DNA of 64,000 bases. Source: Mobula birostris (taxonomy: Eukaryota). Below, piece by piece: positions 40,260-51,631 of this stretch (positions are counted from its first letter, which is position 1; the number at the start of each line of letters is the position of its first letter). The stretch lies in NCBI RefSeq assembly GCF_030028105.1, contig NC_092397.1, positions 28,983,097-29,047,096 of the forward strand, given 5' to 3'. The position numbers were made by a program, and so were the translations under genes. The notes below the pieces were generated by a model that saw nothing but the letters and a program-made list of their open reading frames with translations, was not told where the DNA came from and searched no databases.

Positions 40260-41160
40260 CCCATAAAATATAGGAGCAGAATTAGTCACTTTGGCCCATT
40301 GAGTCTGCTCTGCCATTTCATCCATTTCCCTGTCAGTCCCAATCTCCTGATTAGTCCCTGTAATCCATCATGCCCTGAATAATCAAGAAACTAGCAGCCT
40401 CTGCCTCAAATATACTCTATGACAGCCTCGACATTAGCCTCTGGCAACAAATTCCACTCTCTGGCTAAGGAAATTCCTCCTCATCTCTGTTTAAAGTCCC
40501 TCTATTCTGAGGCCATGGCCTCTGATCCTGGACTCCCCCTCCATTGGAAACGTCATCTCCATATCCACTCGACCACGGCCTTGCTACATTTGAGAAGTTT
40601 CAATGAGATTCCTTCTCATTCATCTGAATTCTGGTGAGTACAGGCCCAGAACATTCAAATGGTCTTCATATGATAACCCTTTCAATCCCAGAGTCATTCT
40701 TGTGAACGTCCTCTGAACCTTCACACCCTTTCTTAGATAAGGGCCTAGAATTGCTCACAATACTACAAGTGAGTCCTTACCAGAGCCTCATAAAGCCTCA
40801 ACATTACATCCTTGGCTCTTCTATTCTAGTCCTCTAGACACTGTATCCCATCTGCCATTAAATATCCATTCTCCTAATCCGTCTAAGCCCTTCTGTAGCC
40901 TCTCTGCTTGCTCAGCACTATCTGCCTCTCCATGTATTTTTGTACTGTCCGCAAAGCCATCAATTCCATCATTCTAATTACTGACATACAGCATAAAAAG
41001 AAGCGATCCAAACACTGATCGCTGCAGAACTCCGCAGGCAACCAGAAAAGGCTCATTTTATTCCCACTCTGACTCCTGCAAATCAGCTATTATCTTTCCT
41101 GTAATATCATGGGTTCTTAACTTGTTAAGCAGCCTCATGTGCGGCACCTTGTGATTTCCA
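40260..41160 (-). mobile_element. Degraded CR1 3' half
   Basis: Similar to 7055-8230, with tail at 40260. Confidence 0.75.
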
Positions 41161-41169
41161 AAGGACCAG

Positions 41170-43650
41170 ACAGTGCACTGAGTGTATTACAGATTGGAGT
41201 TTCAGTGAGGTGGTCTCTCCTGAGGTACAGGCAGCAGGTAGCTGAGTGACTGCAAGGAGAGGTAACGGGAACAGGCCCTCAGTACAGCAAGCTCCTGTGG
41301 CCATTCCCCTCGGCAACACTGAACCTCTTTTTGCTACTGCTGGGGGATGTCCTGTCACTGAGACTGGCTCTGAAGCTTACGGGGTGAGGGCCGTCAGCCA
41401 GGGTGATCGTTCTGAGTAAATGGATAGATGAGTTGGTGGACATCAGTGAGAGATTCTGGATCCACAAAATGATGGTGTGTTGCTTCCCTGGCGCCAGGGT
41501 CAGGGACGTCTCAGAGCAGATACAGAACGGGGGCGGGGGCAGTGTTCATTCAGCCAGAGGTGGTGGTTGATGTCAGTTTCTAATGGACAGGCAGAAGAGG
41601 GAAGGGGTGCCACACAGTGAATATAGAGAGTTATGGAAGAAGTTAAAGAGCGGGACCTGAAGGGTTGTAACCTCCAGGTAAATCCCAGTGCTGTGTGGTA
41701 GTGGTGTTAGGGACAGAAAGTTAGAGCAGATGAATGTGTGGCTGAGGAGATGGTGCAGGGGCAGGTTTCAGGATTCTGGATCATTGGAACCTCTTCTGGT
41801 GACCTGTACAAGAGGGATGGTTTGCGCCTTCACTGGAGGGGGGTCAGTATCATGAGGTTCATTGCTGCTCCCTGGGAAGGCTGAAACGAGATTGACAGGG
41901 GGATGTGAACCGGAACACCAGTCACTGAATGGAGAGATTGAAGCTGAGTTTGATGTCATGCACAGTAATGCTGTAAGGATGGATTTTGAGGCAAATCCAC
42001 ATCTGACATGGAGTTTTTTTAAAGACCAGCTGCACAGTGTTTCAGGGCCAGTTTGTTCCAGTGAGAGGGAGGGTCAAGGTCAGCAAGGTACAGGAACCTT
42101 GGATGATGAGAGAGGAAATTAATTTAGTCAAGGAGGAGGAAAAAGCATTTGTAAGGTTCAGGAAGCTGAAATCAAACAGGGTGAGGTGTCCAACAAGGTC
42201 CCACATGGTAGGCTCAACAAGGAGTTTAGGATGGGTCCACAGTGATGTGGCCTATTGTCTTTCCCATGGAAGGGAGTGGTTAGTGGTGCATGGGTCCTGT
42301 TCTGGGTGGAGGTCTGTGATGAGTCGTGATCCAGAGATGTTTGTACTGGGACCTCGGTTACTCGTGATATAAATGATGTGGATAAAAATGTGGTAATGTA
42401 GGTTTACAGATGGCACACAGATTTGTGAACACTGTGCATTGCACAGAAGAGTTCCAAACGATACAGCAGGATATTGAAGAGTTGCTGATATGGTAGGAAC
42501 ATTAACAGTATTGACAAAGAGAAGGATGTTAGGGTCCAAGCATACAGTCTCACTGAAACTGCGAGCACAGGTTGACAGGGAGGTGAAGTCGTGTATGACA
42601 TGTTTGTCTTCCTCAGGCAAGGCATTGAGTTCAAGCACCAGGACATGATGTTACAGGTTTCTAAAAGCTGGTGAGGCCACATTGAGAGTACAGTGCTCAG
42701 TTCTGGTCACCTCATTATTGGAAGCGTGTGGAGGTTGTGGAGCAGGTGCAGAGGTGGTTTACCAGGATGTCTGGTCTGGAGGTGGTGTTCGGTGAGGAGA
42801 GGTTGTACATGCTGGAGCTTTTTCCTCTAGTGGTGTCAGCTCAGGAGAGAGTTGATAGAAATTTATAGATTTTTGCAGGTCATTGTTGATGTAGATAGCT
42901 AGCAATACTTTTCACAGGCGTGAATTGCCTTCTACTAGTTGGCATGTATTTAAGGTCAGAGGAGGGAAGTGAAGAAAACAGAGTAGTGGAGGTTTTGAAT
43001 GCACTGCCAGGGGTGGTGGCAGAGGCAGAGAACACAGGAGTATTTAAGGAAATCTCAGACAGGCACAGGAATATGTAGAGAAGGGCCAAAGTGCCACCCC
43101 TGTACTGTCCTGTGTTTATGAACAGCAGATGGCCCCGGGCATGGATTCATGCATGAGGCTGGGGTATTATATCGCAAACAATAAATGGTTGTGTGAGGGG
43201 CAACAAATGCTACAGATACCTGTCGCATTTCACAGTACAAATGCTACAGGTATGATGGAGTGCAGGGAAGAGGAGGGAAAGATGTGCTTGATCAGGGAGA
43301 ACATCTCAGTGGTACTTGGAGATTGTCCCAATAATATTGAAGTAAGGAAGGGATAGCAAACACCAGAGGGCATATGGACAAAGTCAAGGGAGGGAAGTTT
43401 AGGGCAGACATTAGGGGAGGCGTAGTTCTTTTTTTAAAGAGGGTTGTGGGTGCCTGGAATGACTTGCCAGGGACGGTGGTGGAGGTTAACACATTAGGGG
43501 TAATTTAAGAGCCTCTTGGACAGGGACATGGATGAAAGAAATACAGAGGGTTACGGAGTAGTGTGTGTTTAGTACTTTTTTTTAAAAAATGAATCTATGG
43601 GTCGGCACAACACCGAGGGCTGAAAGGCCTGTACTGTGCTGTGCTGTTCT
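41170..43650 (+). mobile_element. Old fragmented CR1 copies (ORF1 esterase remnant, ORF2 pieces, tails)
   Basis: gtgtgttgcttccctggcgccagggtc (CFPGARV), gatgaatgtgtggctgaggagatggtgc, RPHxEY-like segment, tail at 43600. Confidence 0.7.
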
Positions 43651-44533
43651 AGGGTTTTGATGGGATTGTATTATTGGCCATCAAATATCAGGAGTCAACA
43701 AGGTTGTAATAGAGGGACATTTCAACTTCTCTCACGCTGACTGGGACAGCAGTAATGCCAAGGGTTTGGTGGATCAGAATTTATTCAACGTGCCCACGAG
43801 ATTCTTCTCAATCAGTATTTCGAAGTTCCTACCAGAGACAGGACAACACTGAACCTCTTTGTGGGAAATCAGACTCGACAAGTGACGGGTCCTTCGGTGC
43901 TGGAGACCTCGATCCATCCACCCACCCACTCCCTGGCACAAACCAAAGTCTGTTCTCAGAGCGACCCACCGCCTGACAGAGGGAGCCTCTCGGGAAATCT
44001 GACCAAACTCTCTCGCAAAATATTCATTTATATTTCAGAGACCTGGGTGGACGAGATTTCCAGTAAATACTGTCAGTTCCACAGGGTAAATGCACTTTTG
44101 TAGATAAATGTAAATATTATTGTTCTGTGAGGCGGTGGGAATTCTCATGAGGCAACGAACAGGCGATGTTCCCGCCTGCTGCACACCGGAACCGACACGG
44201 GTCAACCCGCAATGTCAAAACCAGACAACGCGGATTTAGGTCATGAAGAGCGGAGTCGTACAATGATCGGATATTAAATTCTCTGTCCGGGGGCTGACTC
44301 TGGAAATTAATTTCACGACCCTAGGCCGAGTGAACCCGCTGACTCTCCGCAAGGGGAGAGCTGCATTGCGCCGGCAGAGAGGGGAAATGAGTCAGGACCG
44401 AAGCGGACCGATTTCTGTGCAGATAGATATCGGATTACTTCGCGGAAGAAACGTGACGGACATTGAACTGTCGTGTCCAGTTACTCTGAACGGAAATCAC
44501 CCGCTGCTCAGCTCTTCCACAGACACTGTGAGT

Positions 44534-44549
44534 GGCTCTGAAAAGAGCC
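44534..44549 (-). terminator. Histone 3' stem-loop of H2A
   Basis: Reverse strand GGCTCTTTTCAGAGCC; HDE GGAAGAGCTG. Confidence 0.95.
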
Positions 44550-44579
44550 TTTGGGTAAATAGGTTCAGTTTACGTCGCT

Positions 44580-44963
44580 TCACTTACTGGCACCGCCGGT
44601 TTTCTTGGGCAACAGCACGGCCTGGATATTGGGTAACACACCGCCCTGAGCGATAGTCACCCCTCCCAGCAGCTTGTTCAGCTCCTCGTCGTTGCGGACG
44701 GCCAGCTGCAGGTGTCTGGGGATGATGCGGGTTTTCTTATTGTCCCGGGCCGCGTTGCCGGCCAATTCGAGGATTTCTGCTGTCAGATACTCGAGCACAG
44801 CAGCCAGATAAACCGGGGCTCCGGCACCCACCCGCTCAGCATAGTTGCCCTTTCTTAGGAGTCTGTGAACCCGGCCGACCGGGAACTGCAGTCCAGCCCG
44901 AGACGAGCGAGATTTGGCCTTGGACCGAACTTTGCCAGCGGCGCCTTTTCCACGTCCAGACAT
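44580..44963 (-). CDS. H2A: Histone H2A (127 aa)
   Basis: True ATG at 44963 (MSGRGKG…), canonical core, ends PKKTGGASK with no SQEY. Confidence 0.98.
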   Translation of the reverse strand: MSGRGKGAAGKVRSKAKSRSSRAGLQFPVGRVHRLLRKGNYAERVGAGAPVYLAAVLEYLTAEILELAGNAARDNKKTRIIPRHLQLAVRNDEELNKLLGGVTIAQGGVLPNIQAVLLPKKTGGASK

Positions 44964-45009
44964 TTCCACAGTCACCGTAACTGCTCCACCGAGAATGAAA
45001 GAATGTTCG

Positions 45010-45460
45010 CCCCGCCCCATCTCGCCCTTTTTATACCTTCTTTGAGAATGCAAACTGATGTTTGTGATTGGTGTAACCGTGCTTATTCTCATTGGTGAAG
45101 AGAAATATCCCAATCGAAGAGCTGCCTTAATCACCAATCAGCAGTCCGTAAAGGTAGAAGCGCGGAAAGTAACCGTCTCCCCCCCAAAGTTCACTGAAAT
45201 TTCGAAAAAGCCCGCCAGAAAATAAATCTCTTGTTCAAATTTAGTCAGAAATTAAATAATTGCTGATCTGTTTGACGACTGAGTGTTCGTACTTCCCTGT
45301 TACTGAAACCGGGCACATTTAATGCAAGTGTAGTTGATATTGAAATGTCTGGGAACTCAATTCTCTAATTTCTTTCAACCCGTAACGGAACCGAGTAAAA
45401 CTGAATCTCAGCTTCTGCCCGCGGTCGGTCATTGTGTAAACGTTATCAGGTTATGGACAA
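45010..45460 (-). promoter_or_regulatory. H2A promoter
   Basis: TATAAAA ~45028-45034; CCAAT/ATTGG at 45067, 45091, 45110, 45134. Confidence 0.8.
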
Positions 45461-45831
45461 ACGGCTCTTCTCAAACTGTGACCAGCCTCTAGACTGCAAT
45501 TTAAAAATGTTCTATGAAACAATCATGAACTCGTTCAGGCCTCGCATTGAAATAATATTCAGAGAAGTTACCCAACTGTAACTAACAAACTCCTGAACCC
45601 ACAGCTAAAACAGCAAAGGCAGCAATCCTCCGCTCGACATGGATACCAGCAGGGGCGGACTGATGAGGATGGGAAGGTAACAAGTCCGTGTCAGTGCAGT
45701 GGGAGGAATGTAAAACACCGGGATTATACGGAGATGAACTCTACCTTAGCTCTTGTAAAAGACACCAGACATAAAATGTGTGCAATTTAGTGTCTAAATT
45801 TTAGTATAACCCTCTTAGTGAAATTGTGAGT

Positions 45832-45847
45832 GGCTCTTAAAAGAGCC
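45832..45847 (-). terminator. Histone 3' stem-loop of H2B
   Basis: Reverse strand GGCTCTTTTAAGAGCC. Confidence 0.95.
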
Positions 45848-45878
45848 GTTTTGTTTTCGATCATCGCACTGGAGAGCT

Positions 45879-46253
45879 TTACTTGGAGCTGGTGTACTTG
45901 GTCACCGCCTTTGTCCCTTCGGACACGGCGTGCTTGGCCAGCTCCCCGGGCAGCAGCAGACGCACGGCGGTCTGGATCTCCCGTGAGGTGATGGTTGACC
46001 GCTTGTTGTAGTGGGCCAGGCGGGAAGCCTCGCCCCCGATTCTCTCGAAGATATCGTTGACGAACGAGTTCATGATGCTCATGGCCTTGGAGGAGATGCC
46101 GGTATCGGGGTGAACCTGCTTCATCACTTTGTAGATGTAGATGGAGTAACTCTCCTTCCTCAGCCTCTTGCGCTTCTTCCCTGCCTTGCCTGCTGGTTTG
46201 GACAAAACTTTCTTGGTGCCCTTCTTCGGAACGGATTTCGCAGGCTCAGGCAT
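45879..46253 (-). CDS. H2B: Histone H2B (124 aa)
   Basis: Canonical core; TATTTAA and octamer-like ATTAGCAT (46331-46338) upstream. Confidence 0.98.
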   Translation of the reverse strand: MPEPAKSVPKKGTKKVLSKPAGKAGKKRKRLRKESYSIYIYKVMKQVHPDTGISSKAMSIMNSFVNDIFERIGGEASRLAHYNKRSTITSREIQTAVRLLLPGELAKHAVSEGTKAVTKYTSSK

Positions 46254-46949
46254 TTCTTCTGTCGGTTTCAGACCCTGAAAAAGCAGAACTGACTCGGAGC
46301 ACGAATTAAATAGGCAGCGCCCGGAACAGTATGCTAATGAGGGATGGGATGCCTTGGATTCCCAATGGCTATTTGAAGATTCTATTCATACAGTAAAGTC
46401 ATTTGATTGGCTCTCTGAAGGCACACGTACAACCAATCAGAACTCTCTCTCTCTGAACTGCCCCGTGTTCGCTTGGGTAAAACTGCGGACTGGGAACTGG
46501 CGCTGATCTGGTGAGTTGCCGCTGCCGGTTCATTCCGCGGGAAGGAAATCTAACATACAAAATGGACCATAAGGCACAGGAGCAGTATTCGGCATTTGGC
46601 TCATTGTGTCTGCTAGAAAAGCAGAAGGAATGAGAAAAACACACACTCAATAATATAAAACGTTTATGTAATGAAACAGGGTAGCAGGAGATCGCAGGTC
46701 CAATTGTCATCATGAGACCCATTTCTGTGTGAGGTTGAAAGTCGTTTATTGTCATTTGCAACTTGCTTGGAGCAGATTCATAGACACACAGTTTCAGAGA
46801 CACACCATTCACAAAATAAAAGCATACTCTACAGAATTACAAACAGGTAACAGAATTTGAACAAGAGTCCATTGTAGTATAAAGTGGTCAAAGTGGTGCT
46901 GTACTGAGATGGTGATGAGGGTTGTCCAGGTTTGTTAAACAACAGAATG

Positions 46950-47212
46950 TCTGTACCCGTCAGTCTCTGGTACAGTGTAAGAGTATGGCGTTCATTCTGC
47001 ACCCGTCGGTCTCTGGTACAGTGTGAGAGTGTGGGGTTCATTCTGTCCCTGTCAGTCTCTGGTACAGTGTGAGAGCATGGGGTTCAGTCTGTACCTGTCA
47101 GTCTCTGGTACAGTGTGAGAGTATGGGGTTCATTCTGTACCTGTCAGTCTCTGGTACAGTGTGAGAGTGTAGGGTTCATTCTGTACCTGTCAGTCTCTGG
47201 TACAGTGTGAGA
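46950..47212. repeat. 46-bp minisatellite, ~5.7 copies
   Basis: Unit ctgtacctgtcagtctctggtacagtgtgagagtatggggttcatt starting at 46951, 46997, 47043, 47089, 47135, 47181. Confidence 0.92.
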
Positions 47213-47658
47213 GTTGGACTTCACAATGTGTCTTCCAATCTCTCATGCAGTCTAAATTTATAACGTTCTTAGAGACTCATTCTTACAATTGAACTCTTTG
47301 ATTAAATCAAGTTTGCTTTTTAAATAAAATCATACAATGTGATGAGGCCACACAGCTTGGAAGAACAATATTTTCTGTCTGGGTAACTTTCGAACTGATA
47401 GCATGAACATTAAATTTTCAAACTTCTGGTAATGCTTCCACCCCCCCTCACCAATTCTCATCCCCTTTTCTTCTCTCATCTTGCCCACCCATCACCTCTC
47501 TCTTGTGCTCCTCCCCCCTTTTCTTCCATGGCCTTCTCTCTCTTTCACCAATCAACTTCCCAGCTCTTTACTTTTTTCCTCCCCTTTCAGGGTTCACCGA
47601 TCACCTTGTTTTCTCTCATCCCTACCCCCACCTTTTAAATCTACTCCTCGTCTTTTGT

Positions 47659-48593
47659 ATGAGTGTGAGGGCAGTTTGCTGTTCTCGGTGTCGGATGTGG
47701 GAGGCCTTGGAGTCTACAAGCCTCCCGGACGTCTACATCTGCTTGGCGCTTGCGAGATGCAGCTCCTAAGGGACCGCGTTATGGAACTGGAGCTGCAGCT
47801 CGATGACCTTCGTCTGGTCAGGGAGAGTGAGGAGGTGATAGAGAGAAGTTGCAGGCAGGTGGTCACGCCGGGGCCACGGGAGGCAGATAAGTGGGTCACG
47901 GTTAGGAGGGAGAAGGGGAAAGGTCAGGTAATAGGGAGTACCCCGGTGGCTGTGCCCCTTAACAACAGGTACTCCTGTTTGAGTACTGTTGGGGGGGACA
48001 GCTTACCCAGGAGAAGCGACAGTGGCCGTGCCTCCGGCACAGAGTCCGGCCCTGTAGCTCAGAAGGGTAGGTCAAGGAAGAGGAGGGCAGTTGTGATAGG
48101 GGACTCGATAGTAAGGGGGTCAGATAGGCGATTCTGTGGACGCAGTCCAGAGACCCGGATGGTAGTTTGCCTCCCTGGTGCCAGGGTCTGGGATATTTCT
48201 GATCGTGTCCAAGATATCCTGAAGTGGGAGAGTGAGGAGCCAGAGGTCGTGGTACATATAGGTACCAATGACATAGGTAGGAAAAGGGATGAGGTCCTGA
48301 AAGGAGAATATAGGGAGCTCGGAAGGGAGTTGAGAAAAAGGACCGCAAAGGTAGTAATCTCAGGATTACTGCCTGTGCCACGCCACAGTGAGAGTAGGAA
48401 GGCGATGAGGTGGAGGATAAATGCGTGGCTGAGGGATTGGAGAATGGGGCAGGGATTCAAGTTTTTGGATCATTGGGACCTCTTTTGGCGCAGGCGTGAC
48501 CTGTACAAAAAGGACGGGTTGCACTTGAATCCTAGGGGGACCAATATCCTGGCAGGGAGATTAGCGGGGGCTACTGAGGTGACTTTAAACTAG
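47659..48593 (+). pseudogene. CR1 ORF1 (Cys motif, coiled coil, SGNH esterase) with one frameshift near 47745
   Basis: MSVRAVCCSRCRMWE…YIC in one frame; QLLRDRVMELELQLDDL…VVIGDSIVRG…HIGTND…DGLHLN in another. Confidence 0.85.
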
Positions 48594-48598
48594 AATGG

Positions 48599-51500
48599 TT
48601 GGGGGGTGGGAATCAAATTAAGGAGGCTAGGCGTGAGGAGGTTAGTTCACTACAGGGGGATGGGAACCAGCGCAGAGAGGCAGAGGGGTGTAAAGTGAGG
48701 GTAGAAACAAAAAGTACTAAGGAGAAAAGTAAAAGCGGCAGGCCGACAAATCCAGGGCAAGCATTAAAAAGGGCCACTTTTCAGCATTATTGTATAAGGG
48801 CTAAGAGAGTTGTAAAAGAGCGCCTGAAGGCTTTGTGTGTCAATGCAAGGAGCATTCGTAATAAGGTGGATGAATTGAAAGTGCAGATTGTTATTAATGA
48901 TTATGATATAGTTGGGATCACAGAGACATGGCTCCAGGGTGACCAGGGATGGGAGCTCAACGTTCAGGGATATTCAATATTCAGGAGGGATAGACATGAA
49001 GGAAGGGGAGGTGGGGTGGCGTTGCTGGTTAAAGAAGAGATTAACACAATAGAAAAGAAGGACATAAGCCGGGAAGATGTGGAATCAATATGGGTAGAGC
49101 TGCGTAACACTAAGGGGCAGAAGACGCTGGTGGGAGTTGTGTACAGGCCACCTAACAGTAGTAGTGAGGTCGGAGATGGTATTAAACAGGAAATTAGAAA
49201 TGTGTGCAATAAAGGAACAGCAGTTATAATGGGTGACTTCAATCTACATGTAGATTGGGTGAACCAAATTGGTAAAGGTGCTGAGGAAGAGGATTTCTTG
49301 GAATGTATGCGGGATGGTTTTTTGAACCAACATGTCGAGGAACCGACTAGAGAGCAGGCTATTCTGGACTGGGTTTTGAGCAATGAGGAAGGGTTAATTA
49401 GCAATCTTGTCGTGCAATGCCCCTTGGGTAAGAGTGACCATAATATGGTGGAATTCTTCATTAAGATGGAGAATGACATAGTTAATTCAGAAACAAAGGT
49501 TCTGAACTTAAAGAGGGGTAACTTTGAAGGTATGAGACGTGAATTAGCTAAGATAGACTGGCAAATGACACTTAAAGGATTGACGGTGGATATGCAATGG
49601 CAAGCATTTAAAGGTTGCATGGATGAACTGCAACAAATGTTCATCCCAGTTTGGCAAAAGAATAAATCAAGGAAGGTAGTGCACCCGTGGCTGACAAGAG
49701 AAATTAGGGATAGTATCAATTCCAAAGAAGCAGCATACAAATTAGCCAGAGAAAGTGGCTCACCTGAGGACTGGGAGAAATTCAGAGTTCAGCAGAGGAG
49801 GACAAAGGGCTTAATTAGGAAGGGGAAAAAAGATTATGAGAGAAAACTGGCAGGCAACATAAAAACGGACTGTAAAAGCTTTTATAGATATGTAAAAAGG
49901 AAAAGACTGGTAAAGACAAATGTAGGTCCCCTGCAGGCAGAAACAGGTGAATTGATTATGGGGAGCAAGGACATGGCAGACCAATTGAATAATTACTTTG
50001 GTTCTGTCTTCACTAAGGAGGACATAAATAATCTTCCAGAAATAGTAGGGGACAGAGGGTCCAGTGAGATGGAGGAACTGAGCGAAATACATGTTAGTAG
50101 GGAAGTGGTGTTAGGTAAATTGAAGGGATTGAAGGCAGATAAATCCCCAGGGCCAGATGGTCTGCATCCCAGGGTGCTTAAGGAAGTAGCCCAAGAAATA
50201 GTGGATGCATTAGTGATAATTTTTCAAAACTCGTTAGATTCTGGACTAGTTCCTGAGGATTGGAGGGTGGCTAATGTAACTCCACTTTTTAAAAAAGGAG
50301 GGAGAGAGAAACCGGGGAATTATAGACCGGTTAGCCTAACGTCGGTGGTGGGGAAACTGCTGGAGTCAGTTATCAAGAATGTGATAACAGCACATTTGGA
50401 AAGTGGTGAAATGATCAGACAAAGTCAGCATGGATTTGTGAAAGGAAAATCATGTCTGACGAATCTCATAGAATTTTTTGAGGATGTAACTAGTAGAGTG
50501 GATAGGGGAGAACCAGTGGATGTGGTATATTTGGATTTTCAGAAGGCTTTTGACAAGATCCCACACAGGAGATTAGTGTGCAAACTTAAAGCACACGGTA
50601 TTGGGTGTAAGGTATTGGTGTGGGTGGAGAATTGGTTAGCAGACAGGAAGCAAAGAGTGGGAATAAACAGGACCTTTTCAGAATGGCAGGTGGTGACTAG
50701 TGGGGTACTGCAAGGCTCAGTGCTGGGACCCCAGTTGTTTACGATATATATTAATGACTTGGATGAGGGAATTAAATGCAGCATCTCCAAATTTGCGGAT
50801 GACACGAAGCTGGGTGGCAGTGTTAGCTGTGAGGAGGATGCTAAGAGGATGCAGGGCGACTTGGATAGGTTGGGTGAGTGGGCAAATTCATGGCAGATGC
50901 AATTTAATGTGGATAAATGTGAAGTTGTCCACTTTGGTGGCAAAAATGGGAAAACGGATTATTATCTGAATGGTGGCCGATTAGGAAAAGGGGAGGTGCA
51001 ACGAGACCTGGGTGTCATTATACACCAGTCATTGAAAGTGGGCATGCAGGTACAGCAGGCAGTGAAAAAGGCGAATGGTATGCTGGCATTTATAGCGAGA
51101 GGATTCGAGTACAGGAGTAGGGAGGTACTACTGCAGTTGTACAAGGCCTTGGTGAGACCACATCTGGAGTATTGTGTGCAGTTTTGGTCCCCTAATCTGA
51201 GGAAAGACATCCTTGCCATAGAGGGAGTACAAAGAAGGTTCACCAGATTGATTCCTGGGATGGCAGGACTTTCATATGAAGAAAGACTGGATGAACTGGG
51301 CTTGTACTCGTTGGAATTTAGAAGATTGAGGGGGGATCTGATTGAAACGTATAAGATCCTAAAGGGATTGGACAGGCTCGATGCAGGAAGATTGTTCCCG
51401 ATGTTGGGGAAGTCCAGAACGAGGGGCCACAGTTTGAGGATAGAGGGGAAGCCTTTTAGGACCACAATTAGGAAAAACTTCTTCACACAGAGAGTGGTGA

Positions 51501-51631
51501 ATCTGTGGAATTCTCTGCCACAGGAAACAGTTGAGGCCAGTTCATTGGCTATATTTAAGAGGGAGTTAGATATGGCCCTTGTGGCTACGGGGGTCAGGGG
51601 GTATGGAGGGAAGGCTGGGGCGGTGTTCTGA
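48599..51631 (+). CDS. CR1 ORF2: AP endonuclease + reverse transcriptase, uninterrupted (start codon uncertain)
   Basis: NARSIRNK, ITETWL, YRPP, GDFN, SDH; YLDFQKAFD, QGSVLGP, FADD; 1010 aa with no stops. Confidence 0.95.
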   Translation: MGGGNQIKEARREEVSSLQGDGNQRREAEGCKVRVETKSTKEKSKSGRPTNPGQALKRATFQHYCIRAKRVVKERLKALCVNARSIRNKVDELKVQIVINDYDIVGITETWLQGDQGWELNVQGYSIFRRDRHEGRGGGVALLVKEEINTIEKKDISREDVESIWVELRNTKGQKTLVGVVYRPPNSSSEVGDGIKQEIRNVCNKGTAVIMGDFNLHVDWVNQIGKGAEEEDFLECMRDGFLNQHVEEPTREQAILDWVLSNEEGLISNLVVQCPLGKSDHNMVEFFIKMENDIVNSETKVLNLKRGNFEGMRRELAKIDWQMTLKGLTVDMQWQAFKGCMDELQQMFIPVWQKNKSRKVVHPWLTREIRDSINSKEAAYKLARESGSPEDWEKFRVQQRRTKGLIRKGKKDYERKLAGNIKTDCKSFYRYVKRKRLVKTNVGPLQAETGELIMGSKDMADQLNNYFGSVFTKEDINNLPEIVGDRGSSEMEELSEIHVSREVVLGKLKGLKADKSPGPDGLHPRVLKEVAQEIVDALVIIFQNSLDSGLVPEDWRVANVTPLFKKGGREKPGNYRPVSLTSVVGKLLESVIKNVITAHLESGEMIRQSQHGFVKGKSCLTNLIEFFEDVTSRVDRGEPVDVVYLDFQKAFDKIPHRRLVCKLKAHGIGCKVLVWVENWLADRKQRVGINRTFSEWQVVTSGVLQGSVLGPQLFTIYINDLDEGIKCSISKFADDTKLGGSVSCEEDAKRMQGDLDRLGEWANSWQMQFNVDKCEVVHFGGKNGKTDYYLNGGRLGKGEVQRDLGVIIHQSLKVGMQVQQAVKKANGMLAFIARGFEYRSREVLLQLYKALVRPHLEYCVQFWSPNLRKDILAIEGVQRRFTRLIPGMAGLSYEERLDELGLYSLEFRRLRGDLIETYKILKGLDRLDAGRLFPMLGKSRTRGHSLRIEGKPFRTTIRKNFFTQRVVNLWNSLPQETVEASSLAIFKRELDMALVATGVRGYGGKAGAVF

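Noticed and set aside
44580-44620. H2A.X identity
   Set aside because: No SQ(E/D)Y C-terminus; a stem-loop follows directly.
44964-45137. N-terminally extended 185-aa H2A, and 131-aa H2B from 58483
   Set aside because: The H2A extension runs through the TATA/CCAAT promoter and both start at non-ATG codons. True starts are 44963 and 58462.
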